Program-made: the position numbers and the translations under genes
Notes under the pieces: generated by a model
The model's input: the letters and a program-made list of their open reading frames with translations, nothing else
What the model was told of the DNA's origin: nothing
Database searches by the model: none
Shown: positions 1 to 13,322 of the stretch, one piece after another
Layout of the letters: every line of letters begins with the position of its first letter
How positions within the stretch are numbered: position 1 is the stretch's first letter
Source: Octopus vulgaris
Taxonomy: Eukaryota
NCBI GenBank assembly: GCA_951406725.2
Contig: OX597817.1
Location: 102,300,001-102,364,000, forward strand
Length of the DNA stretch: 64,000 nucleotides
Reading direction: 5' to 3'

Positions 1-399
1 CTTTCAATTATTGAGTTCCTATTTTGTAGCCCCATTTTGCAAACAACACTTATAAACTACACTACAGCAACAGATGTTAACTAGATATGTAACCAAATTA
101 TAGAAGATAAATCGTCGTATGGCTAAGTTATAGCACTATATGATTTTCATCTTTCTTTCAAGAAATGCGGTAAATACCCCCATTCACTTTAATTTATCTA
201 ACAGAGTAGCATAATTATTTTCTTCGTAACTATTCTGTCGTTTCGGTTTCGGATTCGATCATATATTAAAGTAAGCGACTCGGGTTGATCTTAGCCTTGT
301 GTCGACCCGAGTCACTTTATGAGAAAGGCTTTATGAGAGAAATTTAGTAGAGGAAAGCTGTGTGAAAGTCCGTTGGAGGAAAGTTCTTGTTCTTTGAAT

Positions 400-1340
400 A
401 GTAAACTTAATGCATCACCCGGTTTAACACCACAACTGTCTGTCTTTCGGATAACTTTAGTGAAGTTCTTTCTGTTGCAAGGATTTGGGACGGGTCTGCT
501 GTCTAAGTATAACTTCCATGCAGCAGTCTAAAAATATCACAGGCAGTGTCTTTCTTTTTCTAATTATCATTAAAAACAGAAGTACTCATGTTGTTTAAAT
601 CGATTGTAACCTTTCATAACATTTGTAACATTGTGTTAAAGTTAGAAATCATTATTGTTTTCTTTTTGTTGATGACATTGTAGATATCTTAACTGAACTC
701 GATTCGAAACAACAAGGTCGGTCGGACGTTAATCAGCTTTTTAAGAGTTCTTAAGATAGTGATAACATCTCATTTAAGTAACTTCACATATGCCGTAATG
801 ACAGGCACAAGTGTATGACAAATAAATTGAGTGATGTAGTGATCAAGTTTCAAGATCTTATTATCAAGATACTAGTTTGCAAGTATCCATAGAGCATATG
901 TAGATGTAGTTATGTTATTTTGACAGTCGTTGTTAATTGTAATGCATCACTTGGTCACAGTTATTCAGCTGCTATAATACGTTTGTATACAAAGTTCTAT
1001 CCAATTAAAAATTCCCAGTTTAAAATGTTTGTTATACGTAATGTGTAGGTAACTTACTCTGGAAGGGGAAGAGGATGTTATTATCATGGTGATGACAGCT
1101 TCTCCAGAAAAATGTTTGAAAGTCTTATCAAGTTACTGCGGCTGCACTTAACTATATTGGTACCATCGTTGTTCTTTGATGTCTTTTTGTCAATGCTTTT
1201 CTTTCATTGGTATACATAATCAATAATCTCTCTACAGTCATTTTACAATTTATTTCCAAAATGCTAAATCTGTTCTTTTGGCAGTGTGTATTTTAGAGAA
1301 AACACTACATTGAATACTCTGTATATCTTATTCACTGTTT
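400..1340 (-). pseudogene. Highly decayed gypsy/Ty3-type LTR retrotransposon pol fragment (RNase H region)
   Basis: Manual minus-strand translation near 900-990 gives TNVL*QLNNCDQVMHYN*QRLSK*HNYI, resembling the gypsy RNase H motif GAVLxQ...VIAYASRxLSKxExNY; neighbouring segments resemble xDH and KKxINADALSR; many stops. Confidence 0.45.
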
Positions 1341-1373
1341 CTTCTTTTTACATAGCATCTCGACATTTTACCC

Positions 1374-1606
1374 TAATAACAATAATAATAACAACAACAA
1401 CAACAACAACATCATCAAGAAGAAGAAGAAGAAGAAGAAGAAGAAGAAGAAGAAGGAGGAGGAGGAGGAGAAGAAGAAGAAGAAGAAGAAGAAGAAGAAG
1501 AAGAAGAAGAAGAAGAAGAAGAAGAAGAAGAAGAAGAAGAAGAAGAAGAAGAAGAAGAAGAAGAAGAAGAAGAAGAAGAAGAAGAAGAAGAAGAAGAAGA
1601 AGAAGA
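1374..1606. repeat. Compound trinucleotide microsatellite (AAT/AAC)n-(AGA)n-(GGA)n-(AGA)n
   Basis: Direct inspection; source of the poly-R/L/F/S ORFs. Confidence 0.97.
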
Positions 1607-1880
1607 GGACTGCGACACATTTGATGAAACAATAGATCATCTAGTCTCGGGATGTCCTGTGCTGACATCAAACGAATACAAAAATCGCCACGATAGGATA
1701 GGACAATATTCATATTGGAAAATAGACAAATACTTCAAAATCAGCACTCTTGCTTACTGGTATGAACATCATCCTGAGCCAGTCGTTCAAGATAAAAATG
1801 TCACTGTCCTCTGAGATTTTTCAGTCAACACTGACAGAACGACCCAGGCAACTCGACCAGACATAATTATTAAAGACAGG
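1607..1880 (+). mobile_element. R4/Dong-like RLE LINE, 5'-truncated, part 1 (zinc knuckle to PD motif)
   Basis: Translates ETIDHLVSGCPVLTSNEYKNRHDRIGQYIHWKI...WYEHHPEPV...DRTTQATRPDIIIKDR: end of CCHC knuckle, RHD and PD motifs of a restriction-like endonuclease. Confidence 0.85.
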
Positions 1881-2802
1881 TGTCTTGCAAACAACTTGCA
1901 CATGCAAGCGCTACCAGTTAAAAGCTCCGTATACCGGAAGCTAGCAAGTGTACGGGGTCATCAGGAGAGAATGCGCGCCGTTTCGGGGCCTACCTCTCGA
2001 CGGCATCAATGCGCACCGGCCCCCCTCACTGATATGAGGCCCCGCTTGCTAGATCAGCTGGTTATGAAGAACTCAATATACTTCTAGCCATCGCTCATCG
2101 TCTCTTTTTAACCAAATCCAGTGGCTAGCCTTCTCCACTGTAGATTGGATATCAGTCATGGTGGTATTGACTTCACGATGAGTTAGGCCTAGCGATAACA
2201 ACAGTCGTCTCACGCTGTGTCCAACAAACCCTCTACATCCGACTTCGATAGGAAAATGTTCCGCTTTTCAGCCTGCGTCTTCACATTCCTCGAGGAGGTT
2301 TTCATAACGGTTAAATTCTCGAGCCCATGCGGCGTCCGTATTATCATCATGAGGAACCGTTAGCTCGACTATATTTACAACTTTCTTTCTTTCACACCAC
2401 ATCAAAATATCTGGTTTTTTCGTAACTGGGATGGGAAAGAAAACCTGGCACCCAGGTAAATCTGCAGTTACCTCCCAATAGCCGTTCCACTTTTCATTTT
2501 TCTCAGGAAGTTTCTTGATCTTCTTCTTAAAACGGATCCGCTGACCTGGTCGCACGAAGGTAATGAAATCTCTTGATGGTACTTTCAACGGTTTTTCCTC
2601 AGTGTGGTTGAGATGAATTTGGTTCTTTATAGCATTGAAGATAACCTTAAGGACCAAGTTGTGCCTCCATGTATACCTGTTCAATGCTAATGAACAGTTG
2701 GAAAGAATATGTTTTAGTGTACCGACATTTCCACATTTGCAGATGTCATTCTCTAAGACGTTCCATCTTACTAGATTCTTAGGTGATGGCAAAACATTAT
2801 AA
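1881..2802 (-). mobile_element. HERO-like RLE LINE 3' fragment inserted into the R4/Dong copy
   Basis: ORF 2268-2792: CKCGNVGTLKHILSNC, RYTWRHNLVL, KKPDILMW, VELTVP; continues past a stop as FPIEVGCRGF...VEKASHWIWLKR, followed by a 3' UTR. Confidence 0.85.
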
Positions 2803-2841
2803 GACGTGAGAATAGGGTGGAATCGCTGTGTTGTTTCGGAA

Positions 2842-3261
2842 CTTTAAGACTAATAGATGTAAGTGTTCCTACTGATAAAAGTATATCTGTAAAGGAATTT
2901 GATAAGTTAAGTAAATATAAGGACCTGGAAATCGAAATACAAAAGATGTGGGATCTTAAAACAAGAACTGTTCCTGTTATTGTAGGTGCCCTAGGTATGA
3001 TAAAAAAAGGATTTCAGAAACATCTAGATAAGATCCCTGGAGAACCATGTCTCAGAGAAATCTAAAAGATTGTACAGACAGGTACTGCCCACATCCTTAG
3101 AAAAGCAATATCCATTTAAATGTCTGTGTATTACATGAAGATATTTCGCTACTACTCCTCCCCAACCTTCAGTTATACTGTAACATCTCTTATCCTTCAA
3201 ACGCCCCAGGACGCTGGGCGTGTCTCGGCAGGTGACTATAACAAACATGCAGATTAAAGAT

Positions 3262-3262
<1 letters not shown>
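2842..3262 (+). mobile_element. R4/Dong-like RLE LINE part 2 (C-terminus and 3' UTR)
   Basis: LIDVSVPTDKSISVKEFDKLSKYKDLEIEIQKMWDLKTRTVPVIVGALG...KIVQTGTAHILRK; picks up where part 1 stops. Confidence 0.85.
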
Positions 3263-3359
<97 letters not shown>

Positions 3360-3360
3360 A

Positions 3361-3419
<59 letters not shown>

Positions 3420-3440
3420 ATGATGATGATGATGATGATG
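3263..3440. repeat. (AGT)n/(AGC)n/(GAT)n microsatellite
   Basis: Direct inspection. Confidence 0.97.
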
Positions 3441-5300
3441 AAATGTGATGTGTTGGAGGTTCCTAGCACGCTACTACTACTAAAAGATTCAAAAAGGAAA
3501 ATTGAGTTGGAGATTCTGATGCAGCTGAAACCTGAGACACTGGACAGGATTCTCGTGCTAATAGAGGATCCAGGAGGAAAATTGCACATTGTAGACGGGT
3601 GTAGAATCTAGATGCCACAATTGTGGCAACACTGGTCATCTTAAGGCCGTCTTTCCCAACAACAAGAGACAGAGATAACTGAAAGAACACTGCCAACCCC
3701 ACAGCGTCAACAACGCCAAAAATAGCAACAATTACAACGTCAAAATAACACCCAAATTAGCGTGCAACATCAGTAACAACAACTGAAAGAATGGAAGCTC
3801 CTACAACAACAACAGCAACAGTAGAAGCAACAACAGAGTACCGCTCTTAAAGTCTGCCACATCACTGACAACAGCGACGATAACAGTAACAGAATACCTC
3901 AACATTCAAAACGCTCATCTGCACAAACGATTCGAACACCATCTTCAACACGAACTACGGAAAAATAAATCATCCACTACACAATCATAGATACAATCAA
4001 CAAAAATTAATGAATTACGGACATCAGCATACAAGCATTGAACACAATAACTTCATCACACCAACAAATAACGTACTTTCACACACCAGCAATTCTTAAA
4101 ATCTACAAATGAAGCAACAAACTAAAATAAAATATTCAAATAGAATGGAGGATTTGCGAGGGATCATAAACAAAATGATTTACACAAATTTACTGACAGA
4201 ACTAACCGGAAGAACCTTTCATAGGGGTAAGTGATTAATCTTTGACTCAAACTGGCCTTACTTAGAATAGATAGCCTGAATGAATCTGGTTTGGGGTCAA
4301 CTTGAAAGCAAGACCACCTGACCAGATATAAATATGGTGACTATTGGCAAGACCATGATTTCTAAGGCGCATGCCTTCACATCCGTATTCGACAGATGCG
4401 AGTTGTACGTATCTCCAAGTAAACTAATATCGACGTGAGAATAGGGTGGAATCGCTGTGTTGTTTCGGAAAAGTTTGTAACTCTCGTGAACCCAGAAGCT
4501 AAGTCGGTGGTGCTGAAGGTGACCAGCAGTCAAGTTACACCTTCAGATTAGTAGCTGTCTATACCCGACATAAGTGGGACCGCCAGATTTCTTTAGGCGT
4601 GTAGATTCTTTCTTGTGAATGTCCCACCTTTTAGTGTTAATGGGAGATTGCAAGGGTGTCTTGGATGCACCATCTGACTATTTTGGGTTAACTGATACGA
4701 AAAGAGGTGCAAAAGCCTTTAAAATATTCACAGACATTTCCACTTGTCTGACAGTTACCAACATTTTTCGAATGTGCTAATGTGGACATGACCATACAGC
4801 ATCGGATCCTCCAGATAGTATCTAGAGTATTCTGTAGGCCAATGGATAAGGATAACATAGGTTGTCCAAAATTTAGAATCATTGGATGTAAAGACGACAA
4901 ATCGTGATCTGTATGTATGGTCGACCTTCATTTGTAGGGATCTAGTTCCTAAAAACTGAATGCATTTTTCCCGATGCGCAAAGCTCAAGAATGTAAGGGT
5001 ACTCGTCAGCAACAAATGATTTGCCATGAAAATAACAATTAGAACGGAGTCAACATAAGGGACTAACGAAAGAAAGAAAACTAATTTAGAAGGAGGTCTA
5101 GTTGTTTAGCGGGGTACAAAAGCATTGTGACCAACCTACTTGAGGCGCGACTGATCCACTCCGACCATTTCTTCAACGCAAAGCACAAGCCCCTTTGACA
5201 GAGCTAAAATGCGTGCTTTAAAATACGAAGGAACGAAAACCATTCAATGAGTCCAAGTGAAAGAGGTACAACGTGGCAGCAAAGCTACAATTCAGTCTTT
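3441..5300 (+). mobile_element. Old Tx1/L1-like LINE remnant (ORF1 zinc knuckle and APE endonuclease)
   Basis: CHNCGNTGHLKA knuckle at ~3613-3650; APE-like motifs GGIAVLFRKSL (~4444), RLVAVY, LVLMGDxKGVLD (~4630); many stops and frameshifts. Confidence 0.7.
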
Positions 5301-7186
5301 GCCGGGCGGAACAACTGCGATAGTGGAATTAATGAATGGTCGCAACAACAATTGCAGCAACGAATTCAAAAGTACAGAAGCAAAACTGCGAAGGACCAGA
5401 CGCGTCAGCCTCACGGACAACTAAATACTCATCTAATGAGTGAGCCCTGCTCCTCCAGACACGCACACAACTGAACGTATCAAGCTATGAACCAATGAAT
5501 TTAGTATATTATAGTTTACAGTGTAATAATTATTTCATTCATCTCTGGGGTGAATGGATTGATATAAACTGTAGAACAACTAGGAGACACCTAGTTAGGT
5601 GCTTTGTATTCCTATGTTCAAATAACGTCAGTGCACCTTTCCTGCTTTAATTAGGATATTATAAGTGATAATTTTCAATCGATTAGATTTATAAATTTCT
5701 ACCTGCAAAATTAGTTTTGAGCGTAAGAGATAAATATAAGAATTCGTTCTATCTTTTTTTTTAAAAAAAAAAAGCTTAGGTGGGAATTTGGACTTCAAAT
5801 TTGTCATCAAAAATTGAGCCAACTCGACTAACAATCTCAGCGTACCGTATAGTGATGATATACCTGGAGAGACGACTGACATGCATGCTTACAGCTGCAC
5901 ACACGCAAATACCAACACATGGTGTAGTGGTGGACGTTGAAAGTCTCTGCGAAATAAATGCAAGCAGTAATGCTTGGTATTGCTGCTATTCAACACCAAT
6001 ATAATACGAAAGGTGACTGGAATTCGGAAAGACTCAATTACAGGATATTTCTCATTCAGGTATTAAAGAAAGAAATAGAAAAAAAACGGCAGCAGCAAGA
6101 CGAACAAGCAACGATATGATTATAATGGCCAGACATTGATGCATAATGAACAGTCTAGTGAAAAAAAAAAATGAATAAAAACAAAAATACCGATATTAAA
6201 GCATTCTTCAAATAACTGACCTTGACCTTAACAGCAAGTCTTTCATTGAGAAAGGTCAATTGTCAAATCTAACGAAGATGAATCGAAATGTCTTTCATTC
6301 TATTGCGTATTCCTTTCTATCCACCATTTTCCTTTGGTGAGGTCGTCGCTTGCGTGTGGGTAGGTAATAACAGTTAGCACCACTGCTGGAATGTTGTGGT
6401 CTTTGTGAGAGGGGAGAGAGATGTAACAGAAAATGTGTGTCTGTGAGTGTGCTGTTTATTTTCTCCCTGTTTGCTGGATGAGTGTTTGTAGATAAGAGGT
6501 ATGTTTAGTTGTGGTTACTATGTGGATGGGTAAATGAGAGAATGTATGCTCTTTAGCTTGAGGGAGCTTTTTTTAAAATGCTTGTGCCTGTATATATGTA
6601 AGTACGCTGTATGGGAATACAAATGAAACTGAGAGAAAATGTGCTATTTGTGCAGGTTTCTGTGCATGTATTAGTTTGAATGTATATGCTCATAAGTAGT
6701 GGACTGAATGAAATAGCTATGTATGTGTGTGTTTCTCGACATTTCTGACTGCGTATGTGTACGGGTGAATATGCTTGTATGAGTAAGCATGCGTAAACAT
6801 GTTTGTTGTTGGATGATTCAAAACTATGTGTATATGAGCATGTACATTTTTCTAGCTTTTGAAATATGCAGTCCTTGTCAATCGGTGCATTTGTTTGAAT
6901 TTGCGTGTCAAATAGAAGAAATGACATTGCTTCAATGCAAGCATTGTTATGGCTGAATTTGTTGCTGCAGTCGTAATAGCTGGGTAATTCCAGCCAGCCC
7001 TACTTGAAAAAAAAAATCAAAAAAAGAAAAAAAAAGTACGAGACGGTGGTACGTGATCGAGTGGTAAACAGTCCCCTATAAATCCGGGTATAAGAGGGAT
7101 CAAACTGGTTGAGACCAGTATAGCAGTCGTGAACGCTACATATTTGCCGTGGATCTTTGCTATGGTTGCGGTTTAAAGTTACCAGG

Positions 7187-7392
7187 TTGTTATTCGCTAG
7201 CCTTGATCCAGCAGACCTACGAACAAAAAGATCTCGCTGTGATCATACCCACTTTTCTTTATTCAAACAGTATGCCTTGAATCATATTCACAGACCCCTT
7301 CCTTTTCAAATGTCGATAGTGTGGTAATTGCAGGTAATTTGGCTGACGTCTTTAGAAGACTGAACGATCGCGAAGAGCCTTCTTCCGTTGTT
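7187..7392 (+). mobile_element. Ancient dispersed repeat, family D (SINE/LINE-tail-like)
   Basis: Similar to copies at ~9157-9360, 22070-22210, 33960-34180, 36410-36560, 54677-54860, 56180-56390, 58620-58830 (shared cores gatcgagcagacctatg and gatttggctgctatttctagca); origin unresolved. Confidence 0.5.
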
Positions 7393-7761
7393 CATAAAGC
7401 TAGCAAAATTTGAAACCAAAATTTTACGTTTGGTCTCTTTCGCTTATGTCCACTCATTTGTAGAGTAGGCTTGAACACAATATTATATCTGTTCTCGCCT
7501 AGAAATGTAAATTTTTCATTATGTATATGAAATGACTACTTTAGTGCAGTAGATTTGGAGAAAATGCAGAAGTCGAGACTAAATATCCAGTAGTATTTAG
7601 ATTTGGCCCTTTACATATTAGTTCCGATCTCACCAGACTTGATTTTGCTGCTGTTTATCGTTGTGTAATACTAGATTCTATTCTATTGCTCGATCTGCAA
7701 AAAGTATCAGCTAATTCATTCAATAGTGTTGAGTGAGTAATAATAATGATTTTTATTTTCA

Positions 7762-7968
7762 TTCTAAATTTGGCGCAAGGCCGATAATTTTGAGGGGAGA
7801 AGTCGATTACATGGACCCCAGTGCTCAACTGGTACTTATTTTATCGACCCCGATGGGATGAAAGGCAAAGTTCACTTCAGAGGAATTTTGAACTCAGAGC
7901 ATAAAAAGCCGGAACAAATGCTGCTAAACATTTTGTCTGACGCGATAATGATTCTGCCAGCTTGTCAC
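7762..7968 (-). mobile_element. tRNA-derived SINE family A
   Basis: Reverse complement of head ...agctggcagaatc...gagttcaaa and core ctttgcctttcatcc...ggggtcgataaaataagtaccag, shared with >10 copies in the window. Confidence 0.85.
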
Positions 7969-8597
7969 TTTTGTTGAGGTAGGTAATAATACAAATATTG
8001 GTGTAGTTACAACAGCAGTTGTTTGTATATACAAAAAGGTGGGTTGTTTATGTCTTAAGTGTCTTTATCATAAGTTTAATGGACAACGACTGACCTGGGG
8101 GCTCAGCAACAACAACACAGTACCTCTCAATACTGATTTCGTATTTAAGCTTGAATTCACAGATCTGTAGAAGAGGGAAGTGTAAAAGGGGTGATATTCG
8201 TATCTTTTTCAAGGGATTTGCAGGTGCAAGTGAATGAGTATTTAGTGAAAGACTTGATGCCCTGAAAAACGTTATGCCTCATCTCGCTCCTGGCGTCCGC
8301 TCTCTCAGTCATTACAATGCATATCGATTTCTTATATTAAGAAAGCGAATATCAGTTTGTAAAGAAGGAGTGTAGATGATTGATTAAACACAGGCATTTT
8401 TAAATGGTACTAATTTCATGATGTTGAGTGTGGAAGACAAAGTCGACTCTAAAAGATCTTAAATCCACTTTACATTCAGCTAAATTGTTTAGCTAAAGTC
8501 AAACCCTTATCCTTACATCTTCATTAAACACTGCAAAGTTAGTAGAACTGCATGATTATTGCTTTTGGAGGCATTTTCAGTGTCACTTTAGATCAGT

Positions 8598-8886
8598 GAA
8601 GGCACGTGGCTTAATGGTTAGGGTATTCGGTTCCCGATCGTAAAGTCGTGCGTTTGATTCCTAGCGGCACATTGTATCCTTGATCAAGACACTTTATTTC
8701 GCATTTTTCTAGTCCACTCAGCTGGTAAAAATATGTAGTACCTGTATTTCAAAGGGCCAGCCTTGTCCCATTCTGTGTCAGGCTGAATCTCACTGAGGAC
8801 TACGTTAAGGGTGAGCGTCAATTTCAGGCTGTTCCGTTGATCGGATCAATTGGAACATTTGTCGTCGCAACCGACGAAGTGCTAGT
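8598..8886 (+). mobile_element. tRNA-derived SINE family B with 11-bp TSD
   Basis: A-box tggcttaatgg, degenerate B-box gtttgattcc; flanked by TTTAGATCAGT (8587-8597 and 8887-8897); body shared with 29024-29411. Confidence 0.85.
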
Positions 8887-9506
8887 TTTAGATCAGTCAA
8901 TTCCAATTCTCAGTTGATTAAAGCATTCCCAATTTATCCAACTTGTATCGGCACCAGGTGGCAGCTGCTCACTAGCCGTCTCTTCCATTGTTATTGGTGC
9001 AGTAGTATGTTCTTACTTCTTACAAAATCCTTCTTACTCCACTTGTAGTATCAGCCTCAATGGGAGTCACGCAATTAAGGGAGCTTTTCCTTGACTTCAG
9101 ATGACTTTAAACTGATATTTTTTTTAATATTAAATGTCATCGTCGTGATCCTTCTTGTTGTTTAACTCTAGATCATCTATCATAGAGCGAACCTGCTCTC
9201 AGATGTACACCAGCTTTGACTATTTCATCTTTTATCCTGACAGTGTCTGATACCATATTATGCAATGTATTCATTAAAAAAAATGAAAGCTATGATTCTA
9301 AAAAAGATTTGACTGCTATTGAATGCGGATTGACTACCCAGTTAAGGGTATGTTTGTTAGGATGCCACTCTATTTGTTACCACTGATGCACCTTCGTGTG
9401 GTGGTGATTTCTGACGGTTTGCAGGGTTGTCAGAAATGGACGTGATGAACCAAAGGAATGAAATCGGGTGTAAACCATCACCACCTTACTTCATCAGAGT
9501 AACAAT

Positions 9507-10067
9507 GTCGGCGGAATCCTGGTTCAAGTATTCCATATAAACCCTCATAACTTTTTTATGTTTTGGAATTTTCGGAAAAGTTTTGTAAATTTGTGTTCTA
9601 CACAAGAGAATTCATACGATTATGTAAATACAAAAAAATAATAATTTTTTTCTGACCCTTACTTCCCACCCATAAATCCTAAAAGTTCTACCCATTTTCG
9701 ATTTTTTAAAAAAATTAGAGTTTAAAATACTGACAGTCCGAAGTTTTTGTTTAAATCCCAGCAATGGACCATCCATGGGTGCATTATCATGCCATTAAAT
9801 GTATTTACGGGGAGAAAAAATATTGTAAAACACCAATACATGTCAGAGTGACAAAGTAACGAGGAAGATAGGTGGTCGTGAGATGTGCTAAAAATAATAG
9901 CTAAATCACCCTTAAATCACCACACAAATTTTTCTTTCTATAATTTTTGCATAATCGTATGAATTCCCGTGTGTAAAACACAAATTCACAAAAAAATTCT
10001 GAAAATTCCAAAAAATAAAAAAGTTATGACACATGATATGGGGTGCTTTAACCAGAATCCCGTCACA
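9507..10067. mobile_element. MITE with ~120-bp imperfect terminal inverted repeats
   Basis: cataacttttttat..ttttggaattttc...gaattcatacgattatg (9546-9625) is mirrored by cataatcgtatgaattc...gaaaattccaaaaaataaaaaagttatga (9950-10029). Confidence 0.75.
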
Positions 10068-11120
10068 ATGCCATACTTCGAACTATCACTATCTCATTAA
10101 CTATCTCAATACAGTATTTTGCTAACTACTCCAACAACATGCAAATTATCCAATATTGTACCGCTAACTACCCCTCCCCACAAGTTGTATTACTACATAT
10201 CCTAGCATCATACTACAAACTTACCCAGTGCCATACTGTTATCTGCACAAATACAAAACTACTTCCTCCAATTCCTTTACTACTAACTACACCAATATTA
10301 TACAACTAACCAAATATCATACTACTAACCACCTGAACACCATATAACTAAGAATCCGAAGGCATACTAAATATACCAGTACTACTAACTACCCCAATAC
10401 AAAGCTATTACGACATCATATTACTAACTACCCAAATACCATAGTGTTAAAATGCTCCACGCTATGCCACTAGCTACACTGATACTGTACTACTAGCATC
10501 AAATACCATTCTTCTAAAACTACCTCAGCACCTGTACATAACCAACTCTTTAATACCACAATGATTATCGAATACTAACGCGGCGAGCTGGCAGAATTAT
10601 TAGTACACCGGGCAAAATGCTTAGTAGCATTTCGTCCGTTTATACGTTCTGAGTTCAAATTCCTTCGAGATCACCTTTTTTTTTGTTTTCTTTCGGGATC
10701 GATGAAATAAACGCCAGCTGAGTACTAGAGTCGACGTAATCAACTGAACTACACCCCACCCGAAATTGCTGACCTCGTGCTAAAATTTGAAATCAATAAT
10801 TATCCAATACCATACTACTAACTGCGGAACATCTGTGCTACTAACTACCACAATATTGCATTACCAATTACCTCAATACTGTACCACTAACAATGCCAAA
10901 TTCATACAACAAACTATATCAATACCTGTGCCACTACTGACTCCAAGATTGTACTAATAACATACTAATTCTTTACTCCTAACTGTCACGCCACAAGGCT
11001 ATGCCACTAACTTCTCCAATATTACTCCAATGTTGTACTACTAACCATACCAAATCTGTATTAGTAACAACACCATTGTCATGAGCAATAACCATGATAA
11101 CAACCAGTTCTAGTAACACC
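10068..11120. repeat. Degenerate ~25-bp minisatellite (approx. CAATACCATACTACTAACTACC), interrupted by a SINE
   Basis: Recurrent tactactaactac / caataccat units. Confidence 0.65.
10582..10793 (+). mobile_element. SINE family A
   Basis: ggcgagctggcagaattattag...gagttcaaattcc; family core and tail. Confidence 0.85.
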
Positions 11121-12204
11121 GTCATCAGAGCACCAAGACTACCATCAGGAACGACAAGAACAGAATCAGCAAAAGTTAGCTCTTTTTAATGCTCTTCAAT
11201 GGTATCACCAAATCTATTGCATTTCACAAATGCAACCATAGATTCTATGTCTGCCACCATTATACACCTTCTCATCCTTCCCACACCTAAACTTGGAGAA
11301 AGAGAAAATATAGAAATCGATAATGAATAGTATCTAGTTTTTAAAAAATGACCAATAACAGAAACAATACTAAGAGTAGTAAAAACATTAATAACATCAA
11401 CATTATTGTTAAAACATAACTGCTTGCTAGTAGCTGGATTCAAGCCAGAGAATGTAGCTAGCAAGCGATGACAAATAACCAATTACCATGTATGAAAATT
11501 CGTCTGGTAACTAAGAGGGAAGTTGGAATGCCAGTTGTACTAAAAGGTCATTTGTACCTAGTAAACGCAAAGACCAGTTCAAAGGTCAGAAGGAGGGAAC
11601 AGGGTACGCTTAATTTCTGTGAGTGGTTTGGCTTGGCTAGTTATGTTAAATATTTGTTCCAACTTCCTTTTGCTGTTATGGTTATCTCTGTTTAGCGTCG
11701 AACACACACATTTGATCTTTCTATTTTATTTATCTCGTATCTCACTTGCTTCTGCCTCTCCTGTAATTCTGTTAATTGTTTTTGCTCCTCTGTTTAATTG
11801 TGTCCTTGTTAATGTAGTTTGAAAGATAGTAAAATTAGTGGTATGAAAAATATTGGCAGTTAATGAAGTTCTAATGTAGTAGTTTCACAGGCAAATCGGA
11901 TACAAGACATCTTATTTAACCAGTGCTTTAAGAGACGTTAGTTGATGAATGAGATACGTGACAGAAAAAACAACAATATTTATCAATATTCAGAAGGAAT
12001 CCAGCTTCATCGTGGTGGAGCAAAAGTAACTCAATTTATTTGACAATAGAAGCGTGAAAAAGAAAGCATATTCAGAAATTTGTTCTTCCTGGTTCTTGTT
12101 CTATTCATGTTAATAAAACATTCATGTTTTATTAGATTAGCAACAAAAGAGTATACCTTGTTAATGACTGTCTGTAATTAAAAGAAAGAGAAATTAAATT
12201 ATTT

Positions 12205-12375
12205 TGAATCGCTGGAGTGCTGGAGAAAAATGCTACACAACGAGCTCAAACTCTGCAGGGGACAACTTTTATCTTTTGCGGTCGATAAAATAAAGTACGA
12301 GTTAAGTATATGAGTCGATATAATAGACTATTTTCTCTCCTCAAAATTTCAGGCCTTGTGCCTATACTAGAAAGT
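12205..12375 (+). mobile_element. Degenerate SINE family A
   Basis: gtcgataaaataaagtacgag...aaaatttcaggccttgtgcctatactagaaag. Confidence 0.65.
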
Positions 12376-12530
12376 CATTCCTAGTTCTAGAGCAGCTGAT
12401 GTCGGAATCAACAGAACGATAGACAAATACCATATTTCTTTATATAGTTTTATGTTCTGAGTAAAAAAAATATGTGCCATATTTGGCTTTGATCTTTCTA
12501 GGGGTCATGAAATAAGGAGAAGTAAATAAC

Positions 12531-12794
12531 TGTCAGGACCCACTACTTTGGAACAACATCTTTATAACAGTCTCGTAGTACGCACTACAGCTCAAGATAG
12601 AAGTCACCAAATTATATAACACGAAATGTGATGAGGTAGATCCGAAGTGTGACTATTTCTAGTTTGAAACTATCGTATCGATTGCTATAAACCTGTAATT
12701 AAACTCTCTTTGTTTTGGTCAACCTCTCGATCCATCTCTCTTTCAGTTTTACTTTCTATGTCTCTTTATCTATCATTCACATACACATCCTACA
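12531..12794 (+). mobile_element. Possible solo LTR
   Basis: Begins TGTCAGGA, ends TCCTACA, internal TATATAA and AATTAAA; no clear TSD. Confidence 0.3.
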
Positions 12795-13210
12795 GAACAG
12801 TTGTGAGAAGCGATAACGAAGGAGAAATTATTGTAATATAAACGCCTACGTTAGATTTTCTTGCGTGTAAGTTGAAGATGAGATCTACTCAAAAGTATAG
12901 TACAGTGTGACAAGTCTACACATTTTGTGCAAACTTGTACTTCCCTTCTTCATCGTCCAAGTGAATTGGATTTGACATTAACGATAAAGGAGTTGGCTAA
13001 GTCTAGGATAAAAGCTATAAGATAAATCTAAATGTTGTACCGGATCTCCTTGTTTACACACTAATAATAATTTGCTAAAATAAGAAAAAGTATCAACTGA
13101 ATGCTATTTTTGGCTTTTGGGATTTTATTCGGAGCAAACTAGTTTGAAGCATTGGACTTTAACCGCATTTCATAATATTCATTAAAAATACAAATACAAT
13201 CACGTTTGCT

Positions 13211-13322
<112 letters not shown>

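Noticed and set aside
277-313. 12-bp hairpin GACTCGGGTTGA / TCGACCCGAGTC
   Set aside because: Lies in a decayed SINE C-like copy and looks like a local inverted duplication; no ncRNA signature
1286-1713. Poly-R/L/F/S ORFs, and all similar YI/HT/CV/RE/N/T-repeat ORFs throughout the track
   Set aside because: Translations of microsatellites, open in several frames
11421-11467. Hairpin TGCTTGCTAG...CTAGCAAGCG as a miRNA precursor
   Set aside because: Stem too short and interrupted; no other support
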